Assembly: GCA_034226945.1 (NCBI GenBank)
Contig: CP120459.1
Coordinates: forward strand, 620,001-684,000
Source of the DNA: Picochlorum sp. SENEW3
Taxonomy: Eukaryota
Length of the DNA stretch: 64,000 nt
Direction: 5' to 3'
Made by a program: the position numbers and the translations under genes
Shown: positions 22,767-34,078 of the stretch, piece by piece
How the letters are laid out: each line of letters begins with the position of its first letter
How positions within the stretch are numbered: position 1 is the first letter of the stretch
Notes under the pieces: generated by a model
What the model was told of the DNA's origin: nothing
The model's input: the letters and a program-made list of their open reading frames with translations, nothing else
Databases searched by the model: none

Positions 22767-23169
22767 TCAGCTACGAAACCGTCGAAGATGCTCCTGTAAC
22801 TCCCTCATAGAGCTAAAGCCCTGAAGTGTCAAGGGTGAGACAAACACTTGAGACATGTCCTTCACTATTCTCACCTTTGCTACTTCGTCCCTACATCTGC
22901 ATATAGTCATTACAGATGAAACAAAAGCCACAATGAATGGCCCCACAGGCGGTCAAAGTGTCGTACATGGCACAGGTGCTCATCTGCGACGCACATGAGA
23001 GGCAGAATACATGAGCACAAGGATCCAATAGCCCAATCATATCACTTGGAAAATCGCAATTTGAACAAAAGTATGAAGATTTCTTGGAATGCTGCCCGCC
23101 TGGTTCAGTATTATTGGGGCTTATGTTTTTCTCGAGTTGAGCCGAGAACTGTTCTCTTTCAGCATCCAT
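22767..23169 (-). CDS. HAKAI/CBLL1-like RING E3 ligase (m6A writer accessory subunit)
   Basis: 'YFCSNCDFP...GLLDPCAHVFCLSCA...CAI|CRDEVAKV'; one GTACGA..CAG intron. Confidence 0.7.
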
Positions 23170-23351
23170 TGTATTCTCTTTCTAGAAATCTTTTAATTTT
23201 CATATACTGGATTCGCAATATTGCAGACCTCTATCACAAATCATTTGCTTTATTTAATTCACAAATTAAGACAGTCTTGGATGGAGGGGTACAACTCATC
23301 ACAAGTGCCGAAGACGGCATCAAAACTTGGATACTAATAATCAAAATCAAA

Positions 23352-25484
23352 ATGTCAAAGGATGAGGTGAGGGTTTCCGGTGGTGCTATCGACAACGTCG
23401 AAATAATTCCACTGGGAGCTGGCCAGGAGGTGGGACGGTCATGCATTATCGTCAAGTACTTGGATAAGAGAATAATGATGGATTGTGGTATTCATCCTGG
23501 GTTCTCGGGGCATGCGTCGCTTCCATTTCTGGACCAAGTAAACCTTGCAGAGATTGATGTGATGCTGATTACACACTTTCACCTGGATCATTGTGCCGCT
23601 GTTCCCTTTGTTGTTGGCCATACGAATTTTAAAGGTAGAATATTTATGACTCATCCGACAAAGGCAATTGCACATACGTTACTCAAAGATTTTGTAAAAT
23701 TAAGCAAGTCTCAGAACTTCTTGTATGGGGATAAAGATGTGGAGGCTGCGACACAGAGAACAGAGGTGATCGACTTTCAGCAAACCATAGATATAGATGG
23801 AATCAAGGTAACGGCATATCGAGCCGGGCATGTTTTGGGTGCAGCGATGTTTATGGTGGAGGTTGCTGGAATGAGGTGCTTGTATACGGGGGATTATTCA
23901 CGCGTTGCAGATAGACATATGCCGGCAGCTGATTTACCAGTGAGTATGAGACCTGATATTGTCATTGTTGAATCCACATATGGTGTATCTCGCCACTTAC
24001 CACGGCGAGAGAGGGAGGAGAAGTTTGCCACCATGGTACATTCAACAATAGCAAAGGGTGGAAGAGTTCTCTTGCCTGTTGTAGCTCTTGGGAGAGCACA
24101 AGAGCTTTTATTGATTCTCGAAGAATATTGGTCGAAGCACCCTGAGCTCCATGGTGTGCCAATTTATCAGGCAAGCGGCCTCGCTAGGAGAGCTATGACA
24201 GTGTACAGGAGTTACATTGAGATGATGAATGATGATATCCGTGAAGCATTCACCACAGCCAATCCTTTCAAGTTCAAATATGTGACTCATTTAAAATCGA
24301 CAGGGCAATTTGATGATGTTGGGCCTTGTGTTGTGATGGCAACTCCATCAATGCTGCAGAGTGGAATGTCACGAGAGCTGTTTGAGAACTGGTGTGGGGA
24401 TGCTAGAAATTGCGTCGTGATCGCAGATTTTGCAGTTCAAGGAACATTAGCGCGAGATATTTTGTCGAGTCCAAGCGATATACTGTCTAGATCAGGAGCA
24501 CGCCTTCCATTGCGCTGTCAGGTGGATGCTATATCATTTTCTGCTCATGCAGACTTTCCACAAACTTCTGAATTTCTGGACTCGCTGTCTCCCCCACATG
24601 TAATACTTGTTCATGGCGAAGCAGCAGAGATGGGAAGATTGAAAAAGGCACTTGAACAACGCGCTGGAGCTCTTGGAATTTCCAGGACAGTGTACACACC
24701 AAAAGTAACTCAAGCTGTTTTAATTGCGCATGCCCCTCGTAGGACTGCACAAATCGTTGGATCTCTCGTTCAGGCAACAGAAATGGGAGTAGCAACAAAG
24801 AAAATACAAGGTGTCGCCGTGAAACGAGGAGCAAGCATTGCCATCATGAATCAGGAAGATTTGCCAAGATATACCAAACTCCACACAGGATCTGTCACCC
24901 AAAGACAATCCATAGCACTGCGGAGAGACTTTTCTGACGTTAGACTTGCCCTTGAACTTACATTTGATGATATCGCGGCAGTGGAATCTGCTCAGACTGA
25001 GCATGAAGTTTCACTCAGGATAGGAGACAGTGTCACAGTCACCCATAGCGCTGCTACAAAAGATAGAGTACTGCTTGAATGGCTCGGTGGCACAGAAGCC
25101 GATATGATTGCCGACGCTGTCATAGCTATGGTTTTGCAATCTGCAGGAGAACCTGCAGGTATCTGCGATGCAGAAGAACGAATGTTGGCCGCCATCAAAT
25201 CTGGAGACAACCAGGGTGCAGTACTCGCAGAAATGGGGCTGGTTTCCAAACTGTTGGATGCACAATTCGGTAAGACTAGAATAGACGAGAAACAAGGAAT
25301 AATATTTGTGGACGTAGACGGCAAGCATGTGATCCTAACAACAGACCTCGACACTGGTGATGTCGATATCAAATGTGCAGACACTCAACTCAAGGCAAGA
25401 GTGGAACGAGCAGTGTCTCGAATACATACAGCCGTCCATCCAAGCAAAATAATGATGCAAGACTCGATATCTCCAAAATTGTAA
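23352..25484 (+). CDS. CPSF3: Cleavage and polyadenylation specificity factor 73 kDa endonuclease
   Basis: 'PLGAGQEVGRSC', 'THFHLDH', 'AGHVLGA', 'FSAHAD' and 'LVHGE' (MBL/beta-CASP motifs). Confidence 0.95.
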   Translation: MSKDEVRVSGGAIDNVEIIPLGAGQEVGRSCIIVKYLDKRIMMDCGIHPGFSGHASLPFLDQVNLAEIDVMLITHFHLDHCAAVPFVVGHTNFKGRIFMTHPTKAIAHTLLKDFVKLSKSQNFLYGDKDVEAATQRTEVIDFQQTIDIDGIKVTAYRAGHVLGAAMFMVEVAGMRCLYTGDYSRVADRHMPAADLPVSMRPDIVIVESTYGVSRHLPRREREEKFATMVHSTIAKGGRVLLPVVALGRAQELLLILEEYWSKHPELHGVPIYQASGLARRAMTVYRSYIEMMNDDIREAFTTANPFKFKYVTHLKSTGQFDDVGPCVVMATPSMLQSGMSRELFENWCGDARNCVVIADFAVQGTLARDILSSPSDILSRSGARLPLRCQVDAISFSAHADFPQTSEFLDSLSPPHVILVHGEAAEMGRLKKALEQRAGALGISRTVYTPKVTQAVLIAHAPRRTAQIVGSLVQATEMGVATKKIQGVAVKRGASIAIMNQEDLPRYTKLHTGSVTQRQSIALRRDFSDVRLALELTFDDIAAVESAQTEHEVSLRIGDSVTVTHSAATKDRVLLEWLGGTEADMIADAVIAMVLQSAGEPAGICDAEERMLAAIKSGDNQGAVLAEMGLVSKLLDAQFGKTRIDEKQGIIFVDVDGKHVILTTDLDTGDVDIKCADTQLKARVERAVSRIHTAVHPSKIMMQDSISPKL

Positions 25485-25562
25485 GCCAATCTAATATTAC
25501 ATGATGCTATAAAACGCGCCACGCAGCGAGAAACAACAAAATGGAATTCAGTCAGACGACGA

Positions 25563-25736
25563 CTACATTGGTCCCAGAACCTGCGCAAGGCTAGGCTTGG
25601 GATCCGTACAAGTCATCCCAAATACTATAATTGTAGGGATGAAACCCCAATGAACAGCCTTCTTGGCATACGGACTGGCCTTTTCCCACGCACGGGAAAG
25701 TTGTTCCTTGATACGCTCAGACGCCGATGATCCCAT
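25563..25736 (-). CDS. TOM7: Mitochondrial import receptor subunit TOM7
   Basis: 'AKKAVHWGFIPTIIVFGM...PKPSLAQVLGPM'. Confidence 0.9.
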   Translation of the reverse strand: MGSSASERIKEQLSRAWEKASPYAKKAVHWGFIPTIIVFGMTCTDPKPSLAQVLGPM

Positions 25737-26099
25737 CACAAGTGCTCCTTTATTGATATTCTTTATCAATGATGTATCGAATCTCTGCGGATCACATGAA
25801 TTTTGACAGATTTCAACAATGATACAAGGGCATATGTCGTGTTTAGAACATTAGAATATCCACCCGATGTGGCCGCACCTGGCCATCTGAGGGGTATGAC
25901 GTCGATGATAAGAGCATTAATTCGTTATAATTGTTAATACAAAGTGGTACCACGTAACGTGGTCACGCCTCGAGACTCGACTGTTGTTGTCGTTGACCTT
26001 CACGTTCTGTTATACCAGAGAAGACAGGTGCTGATTTCACCCTTTCCTTTGTATTTATTCATAAAACTATACAATCAATAAAGACGTCGGTGTCAAGCG

Positions 26100-29000
26100 A
26101 TGACGTCGCTCAGGGTTGATGTGCCTGATGAGGAAGACAAAGCGTCTTCAAGCTCTCAATCTGGGAATATGAGGAGGAAGAAATCAGATGAGCAAGGGAC
26201 GAGTAATTCTTGGACTATGAAGGGTATTTTACAAAGTCCTGGTGCGATTATGAGCAGTCTTTCCAGGAAGAAGTTTGAGGACTTTGGGAGAAGGTCAAGT
26301 GTGGAACCGTACTCCAGGGCGGCCGATATGGCAAAGTATCGCTCTACCTTAGAAATGCGTGTTAGTCGCAAAGAAGGCGAGAAGTCCGGCAAGTCTGGCA
26401 AGGAGAAGAAATACAAGCCAGAGTTTAGGGAAATCCATTTTGAACCCAAGGTGTCCCAAAACCCCAACTTGGAGGCATTTAGGAAGGAGGACAATCGAGT
26501 CGTCACAAGTAAATATAATATAGTGACGTTTTTACCCATCTTCTTGTTTGAAATTTTCAATAGGGTGGCATATTTGTATTTCCTGATCCAAGCCGGCCTC
26601 TCGTGGTGGAGTGTTGTATCTCCCTACAGTGGCATAGGAGCAACAATGGCATTGGTTTTTGTGTTGCTTGTGGCCGGAGTTAAAGCTGTCTGGGAGGATG
26701 TCAAAAGGCATAGAGAGGATGAAATTTTGAACAAGAGTATAACACATCGATTGCTTCCTGATGGAAGTGTTGAAGATATTTCGTGGACTGATGTTAAAGT
26801 TGGTGATGCTATCATGGTGAAAGACGGGGAGAATTTTCCTGCAGACCTGCTTTGCTTGTATTCTGATCTAAAGGATAATGTTTGTTTTATTAGGACGACA
26901 AACTTGGACGGAGAGACAAACCTGAAGATTCGAAAGCCTGTAGACCTGAAAGACGGAAATGAGCATGTTACGTACCAGGATTTGCTCGATCTTGACTTGA
27001 CTCTAAAGGCAGAAAATCCAAATTCAAATCTCCATAGCTTCAAAGGTACTATCACAGTAAGGAACCATGTCTACAAGGACATGTCTTTCTCGCCCAGCAA
27101 AGATGGTGATTCCAAACCATCTCTTGATATTCCAGTGACAATGAATGAGATGCTTCTTCGAGGATGCACCTTGAAGAATAGCAATCATATCGTTGGTTTG
27201 GTGGTTTACGCTGGGAAAGAGACTCGCATTCAGAGGAATTCGACCAAAACACCCTTGAAGATTGGTTCATTCGACAGATTTCTGAATTTTCAGATCTCAC
27301 TTGTGATTCTGATGCAGTTGGCTATGTGTATTGTTTTGGCGGTTCTCAATTATGTTTGGATCAGAAATACTGGCGTGAATCATCCGTATCTGGCGTTGAC
27401 TTTTTATGTGGAGGGTGTATACTCAAATGGCTTTGTCCAGATTGTTCTAAACTTTTTTACCTTTTGGATTTTGCTTTCATACCTCGTGCCAATATCTCTT
27501 TTCGTGACACTTGAAATCGTCAAATTCTGGCAGGGATTTATATTCATCAATTTCGACAAGATGATGAGAAATCCAGTAACAAAGGAGCATGCAATCTGCA
27601 GAAATTCGAATCTGAATGAAGATTTGGGTAAGGTTGAGTATGTATTCAGTGATAAGACAGGTACATTGACATCCAATGAAATGCAATTGAGGCGTATATC
27701 AATAAAAGGAGATATGTATGGAGATATTGAGAAGAGATTGGAGGATGACCAGGATGTTGTTGGGATTTCAGCTCTGAAATACTTTGATCAGCGATTATCT
27801 ACGGCAGCAAAGGTGATGATGGGCCTTCCACTGCTAGACTCGGCAATCAGCAGAGGTGGAAGTTCGAAACAGGTCATGGCATTTCATAGTAGCAAACCCA
27901 GTGTGGGCACAGCGACAGACCTGGGGCTACCCCATCAGAGCGTGAATTTGGAGGATTTCCAGATAGAAGATGAGGATCCTGGCAGCCCAAAGCCCTCAAA
28001 GGATAGCGAATTGGAGCTGACACCACAGTCTGCACTTGCTTTAGGACATCATATGACGGATTTTTTCACAAATATCTGCCTGTGCCATTCTCTCATCTTG
28101 GAGAGTACCGCTGATTCAGACAAGCCAATTTACCAAGGACCATCACCAGATGAAGTAGCCTTAGTTGACGCAGCAAGACAGCTTGGATTTGAATTTTTGA
28201 AGAGATCACAAGGTAACCTCACTCTAAATATGCTGGGGAAAGAAGTGACGTATGAGATTTTAAATGTTATGGAATACAGCAGTGACAGGGGCTGCATGTC
28301 AGTTGTTGCCCGTACTCCAGATGGATCGATACGGCTGTATTGCAAGGGTTCGGATACAAAAGTAATGGCAAAAATCCGTGAAGGGACAGATAAGAATCTG
28401 TTGACAAAAACTGACAATGATTTGCATACATTTGCTCGAGAAGGCCTTCGCACATTGGTGCTTGCCTCAAAAGTGATCCCTGAAGATGAATACAATGAAT
28501 GGGACAATCGCTATCAAGAGGCATCTTGCCTTTTCGAAGGAAGAGATGATGCCCTCAATGACCTCGGACTTGAGATTGAAAGAGATCTTGAGCTGATTGG
28601 AGTGACAGCAATAGAAGACAAACTCCAAGAAGGAGTTCCAGCAGCGATTGAGACGCTCTTGGATGCTGGAATGCGTGTGTGGATGATCACCGGAGATAAG
28701 CAAGAGACTGCGGTTAATATCGCAGTATCCTGTAACCTTGTGAAAGATATTGAGAATCTCATAACAATTAATGTTGGAGATTCAGAAGGTATGTACCCTG
28801 TAGTGTGTCTATTTTTGCTTTGACATCATGTGAATGACAAGAGATTTCTGTTTTCTCAGATCCGGAGAAGTATGCCATGGAAATGCTACAGGGTGCTGAG
28901 AAAAGGATCTTCCACAAGTACACCCAGGAAGTTCAATCAGTCACGGATATTGAACAAATACCGGATTCATGGCAAGGGGTTGAGCTGACCATCGATGGAC

Positions 29001-30340
29001 CAACGTTGACGCATGTATTGGGCGATGATAAAATGAAATGGAAGCTGGCACAGATTGTAGCCAGGTGTAGTGGGGTTGTGGTAAGCCGTTCTAGCCCAAG
29101 TCAGAAAGCTTCTGTCATTCAGATGATGAAAGAGTACGAAATGACAAAGGCTGCTGGAAATAGCAAAAGATTCATCAGATGGTACAAAAGATATCGAAGG
29201 AGACTTCAAGGGAAAATGCTTTCAATTGGTGATGGTGCCAACGATGTCGCCATGATCCAAACTGCAGATGTGGGTATTGGAATCATGGGAAAGGAGGGAC
29301 GCCAGGCCGTGAATAGTTCTGACTATGCAATTTCTCAGTTTAGATTCTTAGTACCACTGCTCCTAATCCATGGAAACTTGTCGTACTATCGCCTGTCTCG
29401 TCTAATTAAATACTCTTTCTATAAGAACATCACGTTTGCTTTTGTGATGTTTTATTACCAGTTCTATAATGGTTACTCTGGGCAGGCATTAGTGGACTCT
29501 ATCACAGCAGCAGTTTTCAACGTGGTTTTCACATCTTTGCCAATTCTTTTATTTGCAGTCCTGGACCGGCCTGTTGGATCGTTATCTGCTTTCATCCGCT
29601 ATCCCCAGCTTTATGACAAGAGGAATAACAAGTCTCTGACAACACTTTCATTCTGGAAATCTGGAGTTTTCCTGGGGGTTGTTCATGGAGCAGTGTGCTT
29701 TTTCATTCCATATTATTGCGTCACGACTCTAGGTAGACGTTCAATCACAGATGTATATTCGCTTGGTAAAGTGACCTTTGCAGCACTGCTTGGTGCAGTA
29801 ACTCTGGAGGTGGCTCTGATTGCACGTTATTGGACATGGGTATTCTTTTGGATTGTTCTCCTATCGTACTTCCTCATGTACCCATATTTCCTCATCTTCC
29901 CATATGTTGAGCTGGCATTGAGCTTTTACGATCCGGCCAACATTGGTGTGGCCATACAAGTGCTAGGCTCACCAGTCTTTTGGTTTGTTATTCTTGTTTG
30001 CTATATCATAACTTTTGGAATGCGATTCATAGAGAAGACGGTGCAGTGGATATTTTACCCACATGATTCAATGATATTGGCTGAAAAGGAGCATATTGGT
30101 GAAAGAAAAGGAAAGCATTTGTTATCAGATTTGTCAGGAGCAAGTGCCCATCGCCTGCGAGCTCTTGCCACGATTGGTCGAGATAGTCGCCCAGTGCACG
30201 ACTCATCAGATGTACTTGATGAGACAGAAATCACGCAGCAGTCTATGTCTGCCGACGGCGAAGAAGTGTCCAGCGCCCCAAATGAGACTGATTCTATTCA
30301 AAATTGGGCCTCTTTGAATTCCAGAAAAGTCCCTGTGTGA
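26100..30340 (+). CDS. P4-type phospholipid flippase ATPase (ALA family)
   Basis: 'NLDGETNLK', 'VPISLFVT', 'FSDKTGTLT', 'SPDEVAL', 'ITGDKQETA', 'IGDGANDV'; intron 28789-28859. Confidence 0.95.
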
Positions 30341-30384
30341 GTTTCTACTTTTGAATTTGTTTTGTTCCCATTGCACCATGAAGA

Positions 30385-30610
30385 GCATCGTATCTTTTGA
30401 GATGCTCGACATTTCTTATTGTAACGCAACAGTCTGAATATAATAAGGGATCTCTCATGAGAGATACTTGGAAGCAGTATACTTCTCATGAGAGAAGTTG
30501 AGCAGCCGATCCCATCCAACCCTGCATGGGATCGGACTCAGCTTGGCAATGCCCCTGCCGCCGACTGACAGACATTCCACACAGAAGCCATTCACGCTCC
30601 CTGTCACCAA
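30385..30610 (-). ncRNA. Candidate structured non-coding RNA (multi-hairpin) downstream of a TATA box
   Basis: Consecutive strong hairpins, including 10-bp CCGATCCCAT/ATGGGATCGG and a TCTCATGAGA-based long stem; (TA)n TATA at 30625-30640; no credible ORF. Confidence 0.4.
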
Positions 30611-30945
30611 TAATTTCAAATAGTATTTATATATATATTACAAAAGGTGCGTCATTATCTCTAGATCATAACGAGAGGTACCTCGTTTGCCCACTTGGCT
30701 TGTGACGGCAGGAGCAGCCATGAAGAACTCGTGTTCACTGCATGCCCCAGAAACGCATGCTAGCAAAGTTGAAATGGCTCTGTTGTTGAAAAATCTAAAG
30801 TCAATTCGGCACATGGGACAGAATGATACAGTCGTCGTCTTTCTCTAGAGAGCAGCCGTACTGTCGTCCGAGCACTCAGCGAAGCACGCTCAAACAGATA
30901 GCCTCGAATATACAAGACTAATGAGATAAAATATCTATTATGCAG

Positions 30946-31284
30946 ATGGCAAGAGATAAGAAGACCTCTGTGGTCGCCAGGGAGTACACAATCAACCTCC
31001 ACAAGCGCCTGCACGGAGTCACCTTCAAGAAGCGTGCACCACGTGCGGTGAAGGAGATTAAGAAATTTGCTGGAAAGGTTATGCAGACTAGCGATGTGCG
31101 CGTAGATGTGAAGCTCAACAAAGCCATCTGGAGCCAGGGTATCCGCAATGTTCCAAACAAGTTGCGCATCGTTATTCAGAGGCGAAGGGATGAGGAAGCT
31201 GAGGATGAGGCCATGTACTCTTTGGTCACCCTTGCAGATGAGCAGGTCTTTGCCAACAGAGGTGTTGTTTGCATTGAGAGCTAA
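30946..31284 (+). CDS. RPL31: 60S ribosomal protein L31 (eL31)
   Basis: '[31 protein letters not shown]'. Confidence 0.97.
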   Translation: MARDKKTSVVAREYTINLHKRLHGVTFKKRAPRAVKEIKKFAGKVMQTSDVRVDVKLNKAIWSQGIRNVPNKLRIVIQRRRDEEAEDEAMYSLVTLADEQVFANRGVVCIES

Positions 31285-31391
31285 TCGTGCAATGTTAGAA
31301 TTTAGATGTGTGTAAAAAAATACTCATTAGCAGCATGTGTACTCACAAGTTACACCTCTATACGAAAAATACATTATCTAGAATCATATGA

Positions 31392-32060
31392 TTAGAAGCG
31401 CAGTTTCGTGAAGAACCATCTGTTCTTACCGCTCTTGAACTTCTCCTCGAGGATGCCCTTGGCCTCCTTGTTGGCCTCCTTGCGCTTTGAACTGTTCTCC
31501 AAGCAGTCATGGGTGATCACATTCTTCAAGTCAGCGTCCAATGTGTAACGAGTTGGCATCAAGTGCTGATAGTTAATTACCTTGGTGAAAGTCTTCAAGC
31601 TAGAGCGGCGTGCCTGCTTCAATTGAGAAGATTTCTTAATTACTTTTCTTGGCTCCTTGGCCAGACCGCACACCAGGGCGTGCCCATACGAGCGGCTACC
31701 ATGACCATCGTCATAATTCTTGACAATGACCGCCTTTTTACCGGCGAATCTACCGCTAAGAACAATAACGACCTTTCCAGGCTGCACACAATACATACAA
31801 GTCAATGAGGCGTGAACTCAAATGCTCTCGCGTGCGTGTCCCCGTGTCGCTCTCCCAAGCTCCCGTTTCCAACCCACGCCATCCATACCGCATATACAAA
31901 TGACATAACACATTGCAGATAATTCGGGCGGCCTGAACGCATCCAGGCACGTGGCGGCATCCCACCTTCCACTGCCGCCGTCCAGGAGAGCGCCGAACTC
32001 TAGTCTTTCCAAATCAGATGCAGCGTCGACAAATGAACATACCTTGAGGAACTTCACCAT
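31392..32060 (-). CDS. RPL27: 60S ribosomal protein L27 (eL27)
   Basis: [26 protein letters not shown]...WFFTKLRF; 261-nt intron 31782-32042. Confidence 0.97.
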
Positions 32061-32441
32061 TTTGTATACAAATACCTATTTTTATTTGTCCGATTGCGCG
32101 AAGAGAGATGATATGGAATATCATCTCTCATTGGCCAAGGACCAAACATCCTTGGCCTTTCCGTCCTGTCATGGATTGGCATTGATGGGAACATCAGCCC
32201 AGAAGCACAGAGGCCACTACAGCGCAATTGATCAATCGGCTATATCGCCAGTCTTCTTCCGATCTAAAATCGAAGAAATATACATCCTACCGAGTGGATG
32301 CAGATAGCTGTATAATCTTCACGTCCACCAGACGATACGTACAAGATAGAGGGTGCAGGCTTTGGTGCCTCCAATAGACACGCTATACTATCCTGGGTAC
32401 AGTAGATTGGTTACATACACATATTAATTGTATAGTATACA

Positions 32442-33697
32442 ATGATACATGTGGTAGGAGGGTCACGCGTTGGCATGCCACTGCCACTGTGTGCTCGTTG
32501 TCAGAAGAGAAACTCTCACCAGGCTCTTGGTCAAGGCCTTGGAATTCGAAGAGTAGAAATGGGTGTAATTAATCCTTTTAGAGGTATAGGTACACATAAG
32601 ACACAGCGTATACTCATCGCCCGGGATGGGACAGCATCTCTGAGTGGAGAGGGTGGTGCTCAGGATGGCTCTGAGAGTACAGAGGTTCATGGGGATGAAC
32701 ACTCTACAGGCGGGGCACAACAGAAGGCAACCAGTAGTTTGACCAAGAGGGCTATATTTGGAAGTATTTTAGGGGTATCTGCTGCCGTCATCATCGTTAT
32801 TGGCGGGTGGCCATTTGCTGCTGTGACATGTTTGTTGGCATATCAGTGCTCACAAGAGTTTCTTGGGCTTGTGAATGCAAAAGGAATATCTAAAGGCATG
32901 ATTCCTCCGCCTCCGGTGGTGAGTTCTGCCATCAGCCTGATGTGTGTGGGGCTTTGTGCGTGGTCTTTTATGTCTGGAGGTAAGATGGCATCTGCTATGG
33001 CGGTTGCATCATTTTTGGTCCTTAGTTTACAACTCGTTGCGGTGGAAAAGCCGAGATTTGCACAACTAACATCATCTGTATTTGGCCTCTTGTATTGTGG
33101 TACGTGCATTTTTTATGTGTATCATAATTTGATGGAATCCACATTGAATTCCTGGTCTACTTGCTTGCAGGTTACTTGCCAAGCTTCTGGATAAAGCTTA
33201 GACTTCTTGCCATTCCCGCCAGCAATAGCTATCTATTACAGTCGTGGCAGGGCGTTATGGGCGGTGTGACCCATGCAACAGTTGGGCTTGTGGCAACCTT
33301 TACTGCAGTTGCCTGCATTATTGCTGCGGACACTGGTGCATATTTTTGCGGTAAATCTCTTGGGAAAACACAGCTTATCAGTGTGAGTCCGAAAAAGACT
33401 GTAGAAGGAGCTATTGGTGGTCTACTGTCGAGTATTTTGGCAGCAGTTACGTGTTATAGATTTTTGGGCTGGCCAGACAGCACGTTAGGAGCGGTGGCAT
33501 TAGGGGTGATTGTATTTATTAGCAGCATTTTTGGAGATCTAATTGAGTCAGTAATAAAGAGAGACGCGGGTTTGAAGGATGCAAGTAATCTGATTCCGGG
33601 TCATGGTGGGCTCCTGGACAGATTGGATAGTTACCTCTTTACAGGTGCTTGTGTTTACTTCTTCATGAGATTCTTCTTGGTAGGATTTGGGGTTTAA
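32442..33697 (+). CDS. Plastid phosphatidate cytidylyltransferase (CDP-DAG synthase)
   Basis: 'DTGAYFCG', 'SPKKTVEG' and 'KDASNLIPGHGGLLDRLDS'; one intron about 33100-33170. Confidence 0.92.
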
Positions 33698-34078
33698 TGA
33701 ATCAAGATTGTAATTCACTTGATGGAGTATCACTCCAAGACATTTCTTTCATTCTTCTATACCGTGGCCAGAAATTCGTTGCAATCATGCAAACGATTGA
33801 TCTCTCCTCATGAGGATTTCAAATCTTCATCTACTAAACAAAATGTACTTGCACACACTCAGTGTAGCCGAGGCGCTGATGATCAAATCGTTTGAATCAA
33901 ACCGTCGTTGAAACGATATTTGAGTCAAAAAATATTTATTTGAGGACTAAGACAAGAGCACGAGTAGAGTAATCGCGTTAGACTTTGCTGAGCGCATGCA
34001 TCTGTGTCCTCCCGCAACTCCGTCTTCGCGAATCTGAAAACTCTCCATCCCGCATCAACTTCAATTATCTGATTCAAT

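Noticed and set aside
22995..23351. 119-aa N-terminal extension of CPSF73 in the ORF track
   Set aside because: Non-ATG start overlapping the antisense HAKAI gene; homology begins after ATG 23352.
30500..30540. AACCCT in a hairpin loop as a telomerase RNA template
   Set aside because: It lacks a full CCCTAA(A) repeat with alignment region and is on the strand opposite the TATA-implied transcript.
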